Source: Bdellovibrionota bacterium (GTDB lineage Bacteria > Bdellovibrionota_C > UBA2361 > JBIKUX01). From it: DNA of 64,000 nt. This document shows, piece by piece, positions 50,076 through 60,255 of the stretch. Location: assembly GCA_044347345.1 (NCBI GenBank), contig JBIKUX010000012.1, forward strand, positions 1 through 64,000. Reading direction: 5' to 3'. A program made the position numbers and the translations under genes. How positions within the stretch are numbered: position 1 is the first letter of the stretch; every line of letters starts with the position of its first letter. The notes below the pieces were generated by a model. It saw only the letters and a list, made by a program, of their open reading frames with translations. It was not told the DNA's origin and searched no databases.

Positions 50076-50468
50076 ATGAAACTTTCAGTACCCATGCTAC
50101 GATTCATCAGTAAGCAAGCCGTAAACGGAAATATTTATTATGCCCTTGCAACACTAAATGAATATTCCGGCGAAAATACCGCTCTACGTGCTGCTTTAAT
50201 TAAAGGTTATAATAGAGGTAAACAAAATTACCCAGCGGATGAAACTCTAGCTTATCTAGCTTCCGGAGCTAAGGCCTCTGAACTTTCTAAACCTCTGCCA
50301 TCTATCAAATCCATTAAATCTCCATCACCTAAAGGGTATTTTTTAAAATACCTACCGGTTTACAAAAATTACCCCCTCAGGCAACAACTGAAAAATAAAC
50401 GAAGGCCTTCTGTTCGCAGACAATCAAAAAGTAATCAGTCGTTCTCAAGAATTAAGACTGATTATTAA
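50076..50468 (+). CDS. Small basic hypothetical protein
   Basis: 130-aa ORF with GAGGA RBS and a candidate sigma54 promoter; K/R-rich C-terminus. Confidence 0.55.
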   Translation: MKLSVPMLRFISKQAVNGNIYYALATLNEYSGENTALRAALIKGYNRGKQNYPADETLAYLASGAKASELSKPLPSIKSIKSPSPKGYFLKYLPVYKNYPLRQQLKNKRRPSVRRQSKSNQSFSRIKTDY

Positions 50469-52251
50469 GCAACTGAGTAAACGATGAGTCTTGTTTCAAT
50501 TCAATAAGTCTCAAATAAGCAGATTTTAATTTCATAAAATCATCACTCGCTCTTTTATTGTGATCCTCTTGATTTAAGTCAGGATGAAGAGATTTAACAA
50601 GATTTCTATAAGCTGATTTTATATCAGCAAGACTTGAACCTTTATCCAACCGTAAGATTGAAAGACATTCATAATACTCATCAATACGCGGATCTCTAAA
50701 CTTTGGTACATTAGTAAGACTTGTAAATCGCTTTCTCAAATCCTCAACTTCTGTGATATTTTCATCAATATTTTTACCACTCATACTAAAGTCTTGACGA
50801 GCTGAACCGGAGAACCGTATTCGCCAAAAAAGAAGAATAATTCCAAAAATAAAGATGGATAGTCCGATAATCGTTCCGAATAAAGGAGCAATATAATAAA
50901 AGTAGGCAATCTTAGATTTTATTCTAAGATAAAAAGGTAGAGTAGCAGCTATACGCGCTCTCTCTTCTGGCAATATGTTCAGCTCATAAGATTTTTTAAT
51001 GAATTCATACTGAAGAGCTGATTTAACCGATAATGAATAAGGCTCTAAAGCCGAAAGGAATGTCCAATATGGGCCTAATTCTTTTAATTCACCTTTTTCA
51101 ATAGATACCAAAATACTCGCACGAATTAACGAAAGAGTAGCTTGTTTAATTTCTAAGTCATCCTTTGCATATGTGCTAAGTAATTGAAAAACTCTCGGGC
51201 GTATGGTCACGTTAGGCTCTTTATTCTCAGCCTCTGTGAGAACCTTAAGAAGTGCTTCACGAACAACTGGAGTCCGTCTTTCAAACGGAAATTCTGCAAT
51301 TAATCCTAAAGCCTCTCCAAAATTTTGATTCTCAACAAGTTTGCTAGACAACTCAGCTAAAGGCTGTGAAAATAACCGACCGAACTCAACATGATTACCA
51401 AATCTATCTTCAGCAAATTTTAAAAGTAATCTAAATCGCTGATAAGCATCCTGAGTATTTACAATTTGTTTAATAGTCTTTCGAACCTCACCTAAAACTT
51501 CATCAAAAACTGGCCTTTCTACGAATTGTAAATAATTATCTATAGAACTTCCTTGACCAGAGAGAATACTCTGTATCAATAGTTCAAACAGAGAATCTGC
51601 TGCATTAGTCTTTCCAAGCTGCTCAACAACTCTATTTTCTACAGATAAAAACTTAGCTCGACTGTCTTCTCCGGTGCCCGTAGATACTAAAGATAGGTCG
51701 TGTACATCCCTTACCTCCAAAGCCGCCTTCATATAAGCAACTCCATGTACCGAAGACAAAGGCTGAGTACGAACATATCCACTCAGAAGTAAACGTCCAT
51801 AAGGCTCAATTTTTAGTAATTCTTCCAAAACTTCCCGAAAAGTATCAGACTCTCCTTCAAGTAATATTGACAAAGTATAAAGAGGGAAAAGAGCAATATC
51901 CCATCTGCCATTCCGCGTCGCTTGCATAACAAATCGACGCAAATCGTGATGATTAAAACGCACTAAACTCCGCTTACTTAGTTCAGAGGATCTAAAATAA
52001 TGCTCAACTATTACCCGATCTACATGACGATCTGGAACAACTACCGATTTTTCCTCAAGCACTACTTCTGTAAGCCCACCAGAAATTTGACGAATAGAAT
52101 CAACAAAAAAAGTTAAGCCAAATATCTGGCGCTCATCAGCATGAACCACACTTCCTAATAAAGAAGAAAAAATAAATCCAATTATCAAAAAGGAACATAC
52201 ATACTGGCGAATGGATCGCCATTTATCGATTAAATTAAACTTATCTATCAT
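50452..52251 (-). CDS. Membrane protein with a C-terminal DnaJ (J) domain
   Basis: N-terminal signal/TM, large helical region, second TM, then IKSAYRNLVKSLHPD...FMKLKSAY. Confidence 0.85.
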   Translation of the reverse strand: MIDKFNLIDKWRSIRQYVCSFLIIGFIFSSLLGSVVHADERQIFGLTFFVDSIRQISGGLTEVVLEEKSVVVPDRHVDRVIVEHYFRSSELSKRSLVRFNHHDLRRFVMQATRNGRWDIALFPLYTLSILLEGESDTFREVLEELLKIEPYGRLLLSGYVRTQPLSSVHGVAYMKAALEVRDVHDLSLVSTGTGEDSRAKFLSVENRVVEQLGKTNAADSLFELLIQSILSGQGSSIDNYLQFVERPVFDEVLGEVRKTIKQIVNTQDAYQRFRLLLKFAEDRFGNHVEFGRLFSQPLAELSSKLVENQNFGEALGLIAEFPFERRTPVVREALLKVLTEAENKEPNVTIRPRVFQLLSTYAKDDLEIKQATLSLIRASILVSIEKGELKELGPYWTFLSALEPYSLSVKSALQYEFIKKSYELNILPEERARIAATLPFYLRIKSKIAYFYYIAPLFGTIIGLSIFIFGIILLFWRIRFSGSARQDFSMSGKNIDENITEVEDLRKRFTSLTNVPKFRDPRIDEYYECLSILRLDKGSSLADIKSAYRNLVKSLHPDLNQEDHNKRASDDFMKLKSAYLRLIELKQDSSFTQLLNNQS

Positions 52252-52280
52252 CGTAAGGATAACTACAAGAATGATACCAA

Positions 52281-53300
52281 TTATAAAGACGGTACCGTAG
52301 CTGCTATCTGTAACTGTGGTAAGTAGTCATCACTTATCCCATCTCCTTCAAAATTAACTAATGAGCGCAGAGGTTCACGTAGTTCATTTCGATCAAGTTT
52401 GACTTTAAGTTCATATTGTCGCCCTTTTATTTTTTCTACTAACTCCACAGCAACAAGAGGCGAAGAAGATTTGGCTCGAAGTACGGAGATAACACGCTCA
52501 CCAAGCACAGAAACCTTTATAGTTTCTTCGATTTGAGAGAGGCCAAAATTAACTCTTTGCTTACTGAAGCTTAATAAAGGTTTTACTACTAAGTATACTG
52601 GTACTATATCTGTCAGCTTTTCGCCATTAGCTAATTCAGAAATGATAAACAATCGATCTCTAATCTCTCCTATAGGCAGAACCTCAAAAGGAGCTATCTT
52701 TATAATCCAATGGTTGGTCTTATTTTGACCTTTTGTAATATTAACTACTCGTAACTTACTTCCAGAAAACTGAGCTTTAATAGCGCTAATTGCAGAACTT
52801 TCTATAACTAAATCTCGTGAAAATTTTTCGGATTCTGAAACGACAATTTCTGGAACATGGATAATTTCCGGAGCAATTCCAATCAATTTTTCTACTATAA
52901 AATTTACCGGAACTGATACGAAGGGTTGTGATGGATGAGAAGAAAAAAGTCGTATAATTTGATCAACTGAACCTTTATATCCCTCGGTAATAATCTTCAT
53001 CAAAACTTTAGCTGTCGATGATGGAGCCACTTCTAATGGCAGAGCAGTTTGCAACTCACAACCACATCCTCCTACTATCTGATGAATAGTTACTGGAACG
53101 GTAAGAGGATTGCGCACCGTGAGCGTTACTGTAGGATTACTCTTATCTTTAATAACTCCAAGAACAATCCTATCTGGTGATACCTCTAAAGATTTAGGAT
53201 CACTCTCAGCAATAACTGAAAAAGTAGGCCAAGCTACAAAAACAAAAAAAAGTACCAATCTAAAAACATTTCCGTATCCAAAAATACAGCCATTAACCAT
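52281..53300 (-). CDS. Exported Ig-like protein (DUF1573-like)
   Basis: Signal peptide, LTVRNP...GCGC motif, repeated beta-sandwich segments. Confidence 0.7.
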   Translation of the reverse strand: MVNGCIFGYGNVFRLVLFFVFVAWPTFSVIAESDPKSLEVSPDRIVLGVIKDKSNPTVTLTVRNPLTVPVTIHQIVGGCGCELQTALPLEVAPSSTAKVLMKIITEGYKGSVDQIIRLFSSHPSQPFVSVPVNFIVEKLIGIAPEIIHVPEIVVSESEKFSRDLVIESSAISAIKAQFSGSKLRVVNITKGQNKTNHWIIKIAPFEVLPIGEIRDRLFIISELANGEKLTDIVPVYLVVKPLLSFSKQRVNFGLSQIEETIKVSVLGERVISVLRAKSSSPLVAVELVEKIKGRQYELKVKLDRNELREPLRSLVNFEGDGISDDYLPQLQIAATVPSL

Positions 53301-54684
53301 GAACCACCGCTGCCGACTCTATAATTGGCTCAAAAAGAGAGACTGTATCGAGAAATTTAGTATGAATATCTCCTTCAACAAAGCGGGGATGAGAAAGAAT
53401 ACGCCGATGAAGGTCTGCATTCGTCTCAATACCCTCAACTATAAACTCATCGAGCGCCACTAAGGCTTTTTTAATACACTCCTCTCGCGTCGGAGCGTGC
53501 GCAATCAACTTAGCAATAAGTGAATCATAATGCGGCTGAACTCGATATCCACTATAAAGTGCTGAATCCACCCTCACCCCGTTACCACCAGGAGGATGAT
53601 ACCCTTCAACTAATCCCGGGGAAGGAAGCAAAGTACGAGGATCTTCTGCATTTATGCGAACTTCTAAGGCATGTCCACGACAAACAATGTCGGACTGAGC
53701 CATCTCAATGGAAGCACCTCCCGCTATCGAAATCTGAAGCTTAACAAGATCAAGACCTGTAACCATCTCAGTAACAGGATGTTCGACTTGTAAACGGGTA
53801 TTCATCTCAATAAAATAAAATTTCTCAGCCTCAAGATCAGCAAGAAATTCCACTGTACCAACACTCGTATAATGCACAGACTTGGCGAGCTCTACTGCTG
53901 CATCCTCAATACCGCTTTGCAGCAATGGCGGTAACTTAAAAGAAGGAGCTTCTTCAATAATCTTTTGATACCTTCTCTGCACGGAACAATCTCTGATACC
54001 AGCATGCAGCACATTCTGATACTGATCGCCAAATATCTGAACTTCAATATGCCGAACTTTTGGCAAGAATTTTTCAACTATAAGAGATGGATCACCAAAT
54101 GCAGCCTCTACCTCACGTTGAGCTGTTGCAAAAAGTTGGGCAAAATCCTCCTCTTTTTCAACAATCTTCATTCCGCGTCCACCACCTCCAGCACAAGCTT
54201 TTAGTAGGACAGGGAACCCGGTAGATTTTGCTATACTCAATCCATCTTGTACCTGTAGCAACCCTCGACTATTTCCAGCTATCGTCGGCACACCTATCTT
54301 TTCAGCGGCTCTTCTAGCTCGAGCCTTATCCCCCATCACTCGCATATTACGAACTGTGGGGCCAATAAAAGTAATGCCACAACTTCCACAAATTTCGGCA
54401 AAGGATGCATTCTCACTAAGAAATCCATAACCTGGATGAATAGCATCAGCTCGAGTTGCAATAGCGGCCGCCATTATTGAAGCGATATTCAGATAACTAT
54501 CCTTAGCAGATGCAGGGCCAATACAAACACTTTCTGATGCGAGCTTAACATGAAGAGCATCTCGGTCGACTGTTGAATGTACAGCCACAGTGCGGATACC
54601 CAGCTCATGACAGGCACGTATGATACGAACAGCTATCTCACCACGATTAGCAATTAGTATTTTTCGAAAAGGGAGATTATCCAT
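53293..54684 (-). CDS. accC: Acetyl-CoA carboxylase biotin carboxylase
   Basis: KILIANRGEIA, HPGYGFLSEN, GGGGRGM, EMNTRLQVEHPVTE, YDSLIAK. Confidence 0.97.
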   Translation of the reverse strand: MDNLPFRKILIANRGEIAVRIIRACHELGIRTVAVHSTVDRDALHVKLASESVCIGPASAKDSYLNIASIMAAAIATRADAIHPGYGFLSENASFAEICGSCGITFIGPTVRNMRVMGDKARARRAAEKIGVPTIAGNSRGLLQVQDGLSIAKSTGFPVLLKACAGGGGRGMKIVEKEEDFAQLFATAQREVEAAFGDPSLIVEKFLPKVRHIEVQIFGDQYQNVLHAGIRDCSVQRRYQKIIEEAPSFKLPPLLQSGIEDAAVELAKSVHYTSVGTVEFLADLEAEKFYFIEMNTRLQVEHPVTEMVTGLDLVKLQISIAGGASIEMAQSDIVCRGHALEVRINAEDPRTLLPSPGLVEGYHPPGGNGVRVDSALYSGYRVQPHYDSLIAKLIAHAPTREECIKKALVALDEFIVEGIETNADLHRRILSHPRFVEGDIHTKFLDTVSLFEPIIESAAVVHG

Positions 54685-54704
54685 ATCCTAGCTAAAAAGA
54701 ACCT

Positions 54705-55235
54705 TTACACCTCAGGACGAATATAAAGAAGTACTTCACCATACTCTACAACCTGACCGTCTCCTAATAGGACTTTCTCAATTCGCCCACTACATGGCGA
54801 TTCAATTTCATTCATAAGCTTCATAGCCTCAATTATACAGAGCGTTGCTCCTTTTCGAACAGAGTCTCCTTCTTTAACAAATGGCTCAGCATCAGGAGAC
54901 GGTCGCCGGTAAAATGTCCCTACTATTGGAGACTCCACTTTAACTAATGAAGCAGTATCGTCGTTCTCCGCCACCTTTGACGAAAGTGCCGGAGGTAACT
55001 CACTACTCGATACATCCAAACTGACGGCCGTTGATACTGCTGAAGGAATATATTGAGGATTAGCGGGAACAAATCCATGTGGCAACTGATAACTAATTGG
55101 CGCAACGGAATGACTATGAGCAACTTGGCCTCCTCGAACAAGCCTTAGACGTACACCGTCTCGCTCAAGTTCAAACTCCTGCAACCCACTATCCTTAAAT
55201 ACCTGTACAAGACTAGTAATATCAGCTATTTCCAT
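54705..55235 (-). CDS. accB: Biotin carboxyl carrier protein
   Basis: SPIVGTFYR, EAMKLMNEI; likely start MEIAD at 55235. Confidence 0.96.
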   Translation of the reverse strand: MEIADITSLVQVFKDSGLQEFELERDGVRLRLVRGGQVAHSHSVAPISYQLPHGFVPANPQYIPSAVSTAVSLDVSSSELPPALSSKVAENDDTASLVKVESPIVGTFYRRPSPDAEPFVKEGDSVRKGATLCIIEAMKLMNEIESPCSGRIEKVLLGDGQVVEYGEVLLYIRPEV

Positions 55236-55563
55236 GCACTTTTTCTCATTAATGCCTGAGCAATATTCTAAAAATTTGTAAAGCTTCGACATTTTACAAA
55301 TTAAAGCTACCGCTCAAACTACTCAGAATTATCAAATCAGTTCATTATGAATTTATCCAAAACGCAAGCTTAACCGCTTACTCTGTAATGGTGAAAACCT
55401 TAGACCAATACGATACTTACTAATTACAATATTGACTACGATACCTGTATTAATGAGCTTCGTCGACCAAAACCTCTAACATCTTTGCAAATCAGGCAAA
55501 CATAAATAAAAAAATAATAATGTTTTAAATCAAACTAGATTATTACTTTTTTAATAGATACAG

Positions 55564-56142
55564 TTACAGAAGGTCATCCAAATCAATCTCAGTTTCTGCA
55601 ACCACTGTACTTACAGCCACTTTACTTGGTAGTAAGTATTCCTCATCTTTCTTACTTGGATTTTTTGCATCTACGGCAGCCACTAGCTTTGTGGCTGTGC
55701 TTGAGGAATCGGTTTCATCGCACTTATTATCTGCAATAGAATCCTCTAACAAGCTATTGTTGATGTCACATTCTTTGTCGCTGACCCCTAAAGCTTTAAG
55801 TAGCTTGCGTACCACATCACTTTCAGGAAATGTGCTTCTTAGAGCTAACACTTCCCTTATAGCAAATGGAAAATACTCTTCATCGTAGTAAATCCATGCA
55901 AGCACCAAACGCCCACGATGAGCGGCTGGGTTAGACGAAAGCCCTCGGTAACATATACTTCTAGCCTCTTCAAATTTCTTCCTTTTGCGAAGCGATTGAG
56001 CCAAATCAGCAAATGTGGGGTCTCCAGGGTCTTGCTTAAGACGTGCCCTAATTGCATTTTCATCAAGCTCGGCTGAAGCAGCCTGAGTCACGCCTTTTTT
56101 TAGATCGAGACTCTCATCATCACCGATATCTACCCGCCGCAT
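55564..56142 (-). CDS. TPR-containing hypothetical protein
   Basis: DPGDPTFADLA...EARSICYRGL..NP...GRLVLA TPR pattern; acidic tail. Confidence 0.75.
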   Translation of the reverse strand: MRRVDIGDDESLDLKKGVTQAASAELDENAIRARLKQDPGDPTFADLAQSLRKRKKFEEARSICYRGLSSNPAAHRGRLVLAWIYYDEEYFPFAIREVLALRSTFPESDVVRKLLKALGVSDKECDINNSLLEDSIADNKCDETDSSSTATKLVAAVDAKNPSKKDEEYLLPSKVAVSTVVAETEIDLDDLL

Positions 56143-57149
56143 ACATTGAAATTATCAAAACTTAAGGTAAATGATCCTCTCAAAGTAATACTCTCGCCAA
56201 CACTATTTTGGCCAAATAGTGTAACTGTAACAATCTTGAAGCCCTCTGACGCTTGCAGTAATGGTGAAGCAAAAACTTTCCGACCATCTTTAGCATCGAA
56301 AGCTAAACTAGAAAACTTTTTAACCTGGTTTTTTTCTATTGACATTTCCTCTGTCAACCTAAGAACTGGAGATGTTGCGTCCCTGCCATCAGCTAAACCA
56401 CCACTCACTGTATATTTATAGGATGAAAATGTTACGGTAAGTGGAGAGTCATTGCGCACAGAAAATCTAATAAAATCATCTCCAAATGGCTCAGGAGTTA
56501 GATTTGGACTTTGCCCACATACCCCCTGATATATATCTATACTGGATGTTGATTCATCAGCTGATGAGCCGATGCCAAATGCTTCAAGAGCCACAAGCCG
56601 TATAGTACCTGACGAGCCTCCACCTGGACCACCCACCTCGGGTGGTAATACTCCACCACCCAAACCACCGCCTGCGGCCCCAATAAATCCGGCGAAACCC
56701 AAGGGAATTTCTCCCTCACATTTTACGCCAACAAATTGTCTTTTGTTAGCTCCAGAAGCAAGTCGGCATCCAAACTGAAAACTTCCAGGCTGAGCACAGC
56801 CAATTAATCCACTAATAACTCCATTTTGGTTGACAAGTGAACTGCCTTGAAGAGGCTCAAGAATAGCTACTCCCCGCTCGCTATCGCATGCTACTCTCAC
56901 ATTAGGAACACCACGGTTGTTTGCATCTAACACTGATACCTTGAACTCGGTGGTATTACCTATTGATAAGACCTTAGATTCAACATCAATATCGATACGA
57001 CCTACTGTATCCTCATTGGAGGCGAAAGTATTTTCAGCATAGTTAACATCACCGCCACTTGTTTGACCTCCACCACATGCTGCCGCCATAAAAGCTACAG
57101 ATGTCATAGTTGCTAACGCTCTTGAAAATCTTCCGCATTTCATAAACAT
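56130..57149 (-). CDS. Lipoprotein with Ig-like domains
   Basis: Lipobox MAAAC; invasin-like FKVSVLDANNRGVPNVRV; Gly-rich linker. Confidence 0.75.
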   Translation of the reverse strand: MFMKCGRFSRALATMTSVAFMAAACGGGQTSGGDVNYAENTFASNEDTVGRIDIDVESKVLSIGNTTEFKVSVLDANNRGVPNVRVACDSERGVAILEPLQGSSLVNQNGVISGLIGCAQPGSFQFGCRLASGANKRQFVGVKCEGEIPLGFAGFIGAAGGGLGGGVLPPEVGGPGGGSSGTIRLVALEAFGIGSSADESTSSIDIYQGVCGQSPNLTPEPFGDDFIRFSVRNDSPLTVTFSSYKYTVSGGLADGRDATSPVLRLTEEMSIEKNQVKKFSSLAFDAKDGRKVFASPLLQASEGFKIVTVTLFGQNSVGESITLRGSFTLSFDNFNVCGG

Positions 57150-57207
57150 GTACCCTTTTCAGCAAAGAACTATGTGTACCTACAACCACAGACTAACTAG
57201 CCAATTT

Positions 57208-57996
57208 CTAGAGTGTTACATCGAGGTCTTCGCTAGATGACTCACTATTGTCACTTTCCTGATTCACCTCACCTACATTAATCTCTTCACCATTTGAAAA
57301 TGTAGCAGCTCCTCCATCTTCTGTATCTACAGTTGACTCTGGTATTCCTCTTATCGTGTTATCCTCTAAAATAGTAATACTAAAGCTAAGCGGATTAGTC
57401 TCGACTACATCACCACTTGTTGTAACACCTACTACCCTGCCATTCATGGTCATATTAAATGGAAGAGGTGGCAAAGAATTTCTATTCAAGTAAAGCCATT
57501 CACGAATTTCGGTCGGCATAACGGTAAAATTAGTTTGAACAACATTACTATTGTTACCGTAGCCAGGAGGAAGAGAGGAGTTTGATGGTAGCTGAGTGTT
57601 TATTTGTCCAGGAACAGGCGATACTTGAACTCTCGGCGCAGGGCCAGCTACTCTACCCACTGCTCTACTTGTTGTTGGCGGTTGATTAGAGGCACCTGCT
57701 ATGTAGTACTCCATCACCAAACGATCAGCCCGTACCCCTTGAGTTGACATATTGTTTTGAACAGTTAAGCAAGTCACGAATTCACCAACTGGGATTAGCT
57801 CACCAGAAGCACCATTACTAACAGGGATAGAAGCGCTTGTTATAAATAACTCTAACTCGCACTGCCCCTCATCATTTACTGGATTGTATCCCAGCAAGGT
57901 AAAAGCTACTCCCTGATCATTATTGGAGCCACCTCCACAAGCACCGAACAAAAGGGGAGTTAGCGTTATTAAAAAAAATTTTGTTATCGGCTTCAT
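57208..57996 (-). CDS. Hypothetical lipoprotein
   Basis: Lipobox FGAC followed by GGG; beta-rich domain; acidic tail. Confidence 0.75.
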   Translation of the reverse strand: MKPITKFFLITLTPLLFGACGGGSNNDQGVAFTLLGYNPVNDEGQCELELFITSASIPVSNGASGELIPVGEFVTCLTVQNNMSTQGVRADRLVMEYYIAGASNQPPTTSRAVGRVAGPAPRVQVSPVPGQINTQLPSNSSLPPGYGNNSNVVQTNFTVMPTEIREWLYLNRNSLPPLPFNMTMNGRVVGVTTSGDVVETNPLSFSITILEDNTIRGIPESTVDTEDGGAATFSNGEEINVGEVNQESDNSESSSEDLDVTL

Positions 57997-58027
57997 ATAA
58001 ACTCTCCAGACTCGCTTGAACCTACTA

Positions 58028-60109
58028 CTATGATACTGCCTTCATCGTAGAATCGTCGAAACTTCCTTCTACGATTCGCGGTGTTATAAAGAAAAGTAAC
58101 TCTTCATCTTCTTGCTCAATTGCCTGAAGACCGAAAAAGTGCCCAAATACGGGGATATCTTTAAAGAATGGAACTCCGTTCAAATTGTCTCTATCGGTTA
58201 ATTTGTAAATTCCGCCGAGAGCAAAAGTTTGTCCACTTGAAACAAGCACAGAGGACGTTGCACTCCTCTCAACTTCATTAGGAATACCGTCTGTCTCTTC
58301 AGCGCCAAATGTGCTGGACTTCGCATTAATATCCAAAAGAACGTAGTAATCTGGTGAAGCCTGTGGAGTTACTTCTAAGAGAATTCCAATCTCAATTATT
58401 TCAGTGGCCATCTGTCCCTGACCTGCAGCAGTAGCACCTTGTCCTGTAGCAACGGATACTCCACCTTGGGGCAACCGCACTCTTACTTTCTGTACACTTT
58501 TAATTATTGCTTGTTTATTATTAGTTGTTGCTACGGAAGGACGACTGACAATCTTTACTCTTCCTTCTGTCTCAAGAGAGGTAAGTCGTGCAGTTAAGCT
58601 TTTTGAACCGTCTGCACTACCGAAAAGAAGGCTAATTGGGTTGGAATTTTGAGGTTGAGCATTATTCAAAACTGCTCCAAGGCCAATGGAATTAGGAAAA
58701 TTACGCCCAGTGCCGTTACCCGTAGCTGGACTCTGAACGTATTGAAAGCCTAGTTCTGAACCAAGATCTCTTAATAATCTTCTCTGAGCTTCAACAATCT
58801 GCGTTTCTAGGAGAATCTGAGGCGTACGAAGATCAATCTTTTGTACTAACTGAACAACATTTTTGATACCCCTAGAAATATCCTTAACTATCATCTGATT
58901 GGTTCGCTCATCAAAGGTGGCGCTACCTCGTTCAGATATAACACTATCAATTAAAGGCTTTAGGTCAGCCGCTTTTGCATAACTAACACGAACAAACTTT
59001 ACTTTAAGTGGCTCAAGTTCTTCTTCTGCTTGTTTAGCCTGCTTAAGAGATTCACGCTCAGCTCGAAGCTTTTCAACAGGTGCAATTCTAACAACATTTC
59101 CCTCTTGAACTTTATCAAGTCCGTTAGTCTTTAAAATTACATCTAGAGCCTGATCCCACGGAACATCAATAAGACGCAGAGTTATTTTTCCGTTAACATC
59201 TCCACTTGCTATGATGTTTAAATTAGAAACCTCAGCAATTATTCGCAGGGCATTATCTATTCCGGTATCTTGCAAGTCTAATGATATTAACCTACCAGTG
59301 TATTTAGGAATCTCACCTGTAACATCTAAACTATCTCCAACTTTCTTTGAATCTCCACTTTGACTTAACTGAGCCCGGACATCACTGCTGTCATTGATAG
59401 CTCCTTCGACAGCAGCTCTTATATCACTTCCTAAATCCACAGCGTGTAATCCACTTGAATTTGCCTGATCTGCAACAGAGTTTTCTAGTAGAGCTACAGC
59501 GTCAGATGTAGGATTTATTTCGAGCCGCGTTGGAGAAGTTTTCTCAACTTTCAACGCTATGGTTGGATTTACAAAAATTCTTAATACTACATCATCCCCT
59601 TCCTTAACTGTTCTTACTGAACGTATCGGAGCTTCAGGAGATTCTGACATAATCGGCGAAATATTGGACTCGGCTAATGTTACACCCTGAAAATTTATCG
59701 AAAATTCAGATGGAGCAGTCTTTTTAACAGACCAAGTAACATCACCTGCTACTTTTGCAACTACTTGATTTGAATCTCCACCAGACTTAACTAACTCGAT
59801 TCCCTCAATAACTTTTTGAATACTTTTGGTGGGTATTTCACGCTCTGACGATACAGCCCCGACACCTTCATCAAAAAAAGGAGACGCGCTATCACCTATA
59901 GATGAGATCTGAGGAAGAGAAGCGACGGGCTCAATACCACTTGCTGTAGCGCTCCTTTTATCACCATCTGTCTGATTGGCTTCTTTGGCAGAATCCACTG
60001 CTTTTTTTTCTTGTTTTAAAGAGCGAACTCCTACGCATCCAGCTATCAGGGCAGATGCGATAAATATGAGCACAAAACGGGGTGATTGTAGGTGCACTCG
60101 TGATGACAT
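58028..60109 (-). CDS. pilQ: Type IV pilus secretin PilQ
   Basis: YTGRLISLDLQD, VPWDQALD, DERTN, LEVTPQ, DIPVFGHFF, ELLFFITPRIV; N-terminal lipobox IAGC. Confidence 0.95.
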   Translation of the reverse strand: MSSRVHLQSPRFVLIFIASALIAGCVGVRSLKQEKKAVDSAKEANQTDGDKRSATASGIEPVASLPQISSIGDSASPFFDEGVGAVSSEREIPTKSIQKVIEGIELVKSGGDSNQVVAKVAGDVTWSVKKTAPSEFSINFQGVTLAESNISPIMSESPEAPIRSVRTVKEGDDVVLRIFVNPTIALKVEKTSPTRLEINPTSDAVALLENSVADQANSSGLHAVDLGSDIRAAVEGAINDSSDVRAQLSQSGDSKKVGDSLDVTGEIPKYTGRLISLDLQDTGIDNALRIIAEVSNLNIIASGDVNGKITLRLIDVPWDQALDVILKTNGLDKVQEGNVVRIAPVEKLRAERESLKQAKQAEEELEPLKVKFVRVSYAKAADLKPLIDSVISERGSATFDERTNQMIVKDISRGIKNVVQLVQKIDLRTPQILLETQIVEAQRRLLRDLGSELGFQYVQSPATGNGTGRNFPNSIGLGAVLNNAQPQNSNPISLLFGSADGSKSLTARLTSLETEGRVKIVSRPSVATTNNKQAIIKSVQKVRVRLPQGGVSVATGQGATAAGQGQMATEIIEIGILLEVTPQASPDYYVLLDINAKSSTFGAEETDGIPNEVERSATSSVLVSSGQTFALGGIYKLTDRDNLNGVPFFKDIPVFGHFFGLQAIEQEDEELLFFITPRIVEGSFDDSTMKAVS

Positions 60110-60255
60110 TGTCAGTTCCTCTCGCTAATCTCCAACCTAATCGAATCGCGCTATATTCATCAAAGATGCATTGACCTTGATAATAGACGCGCGCTAAAAC
60201 CTATTTTTTACAACTGCTATAATTATTTTCACTAGGCAATTCATAACAACCTAAA

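Noticed and set aside
55236-55563. ncRNA or remnant gene (e.g. efp/aroQ) between the TPR gene and accB
   Set aside because: No recognisable ORF, RNA motif or strong stem; most likely the accB promoter region.
60110-60255. pilP or a pilP pseudogene
   Set aside because: Only 146 bp, with no lipobox or PilP-like remnant seen.
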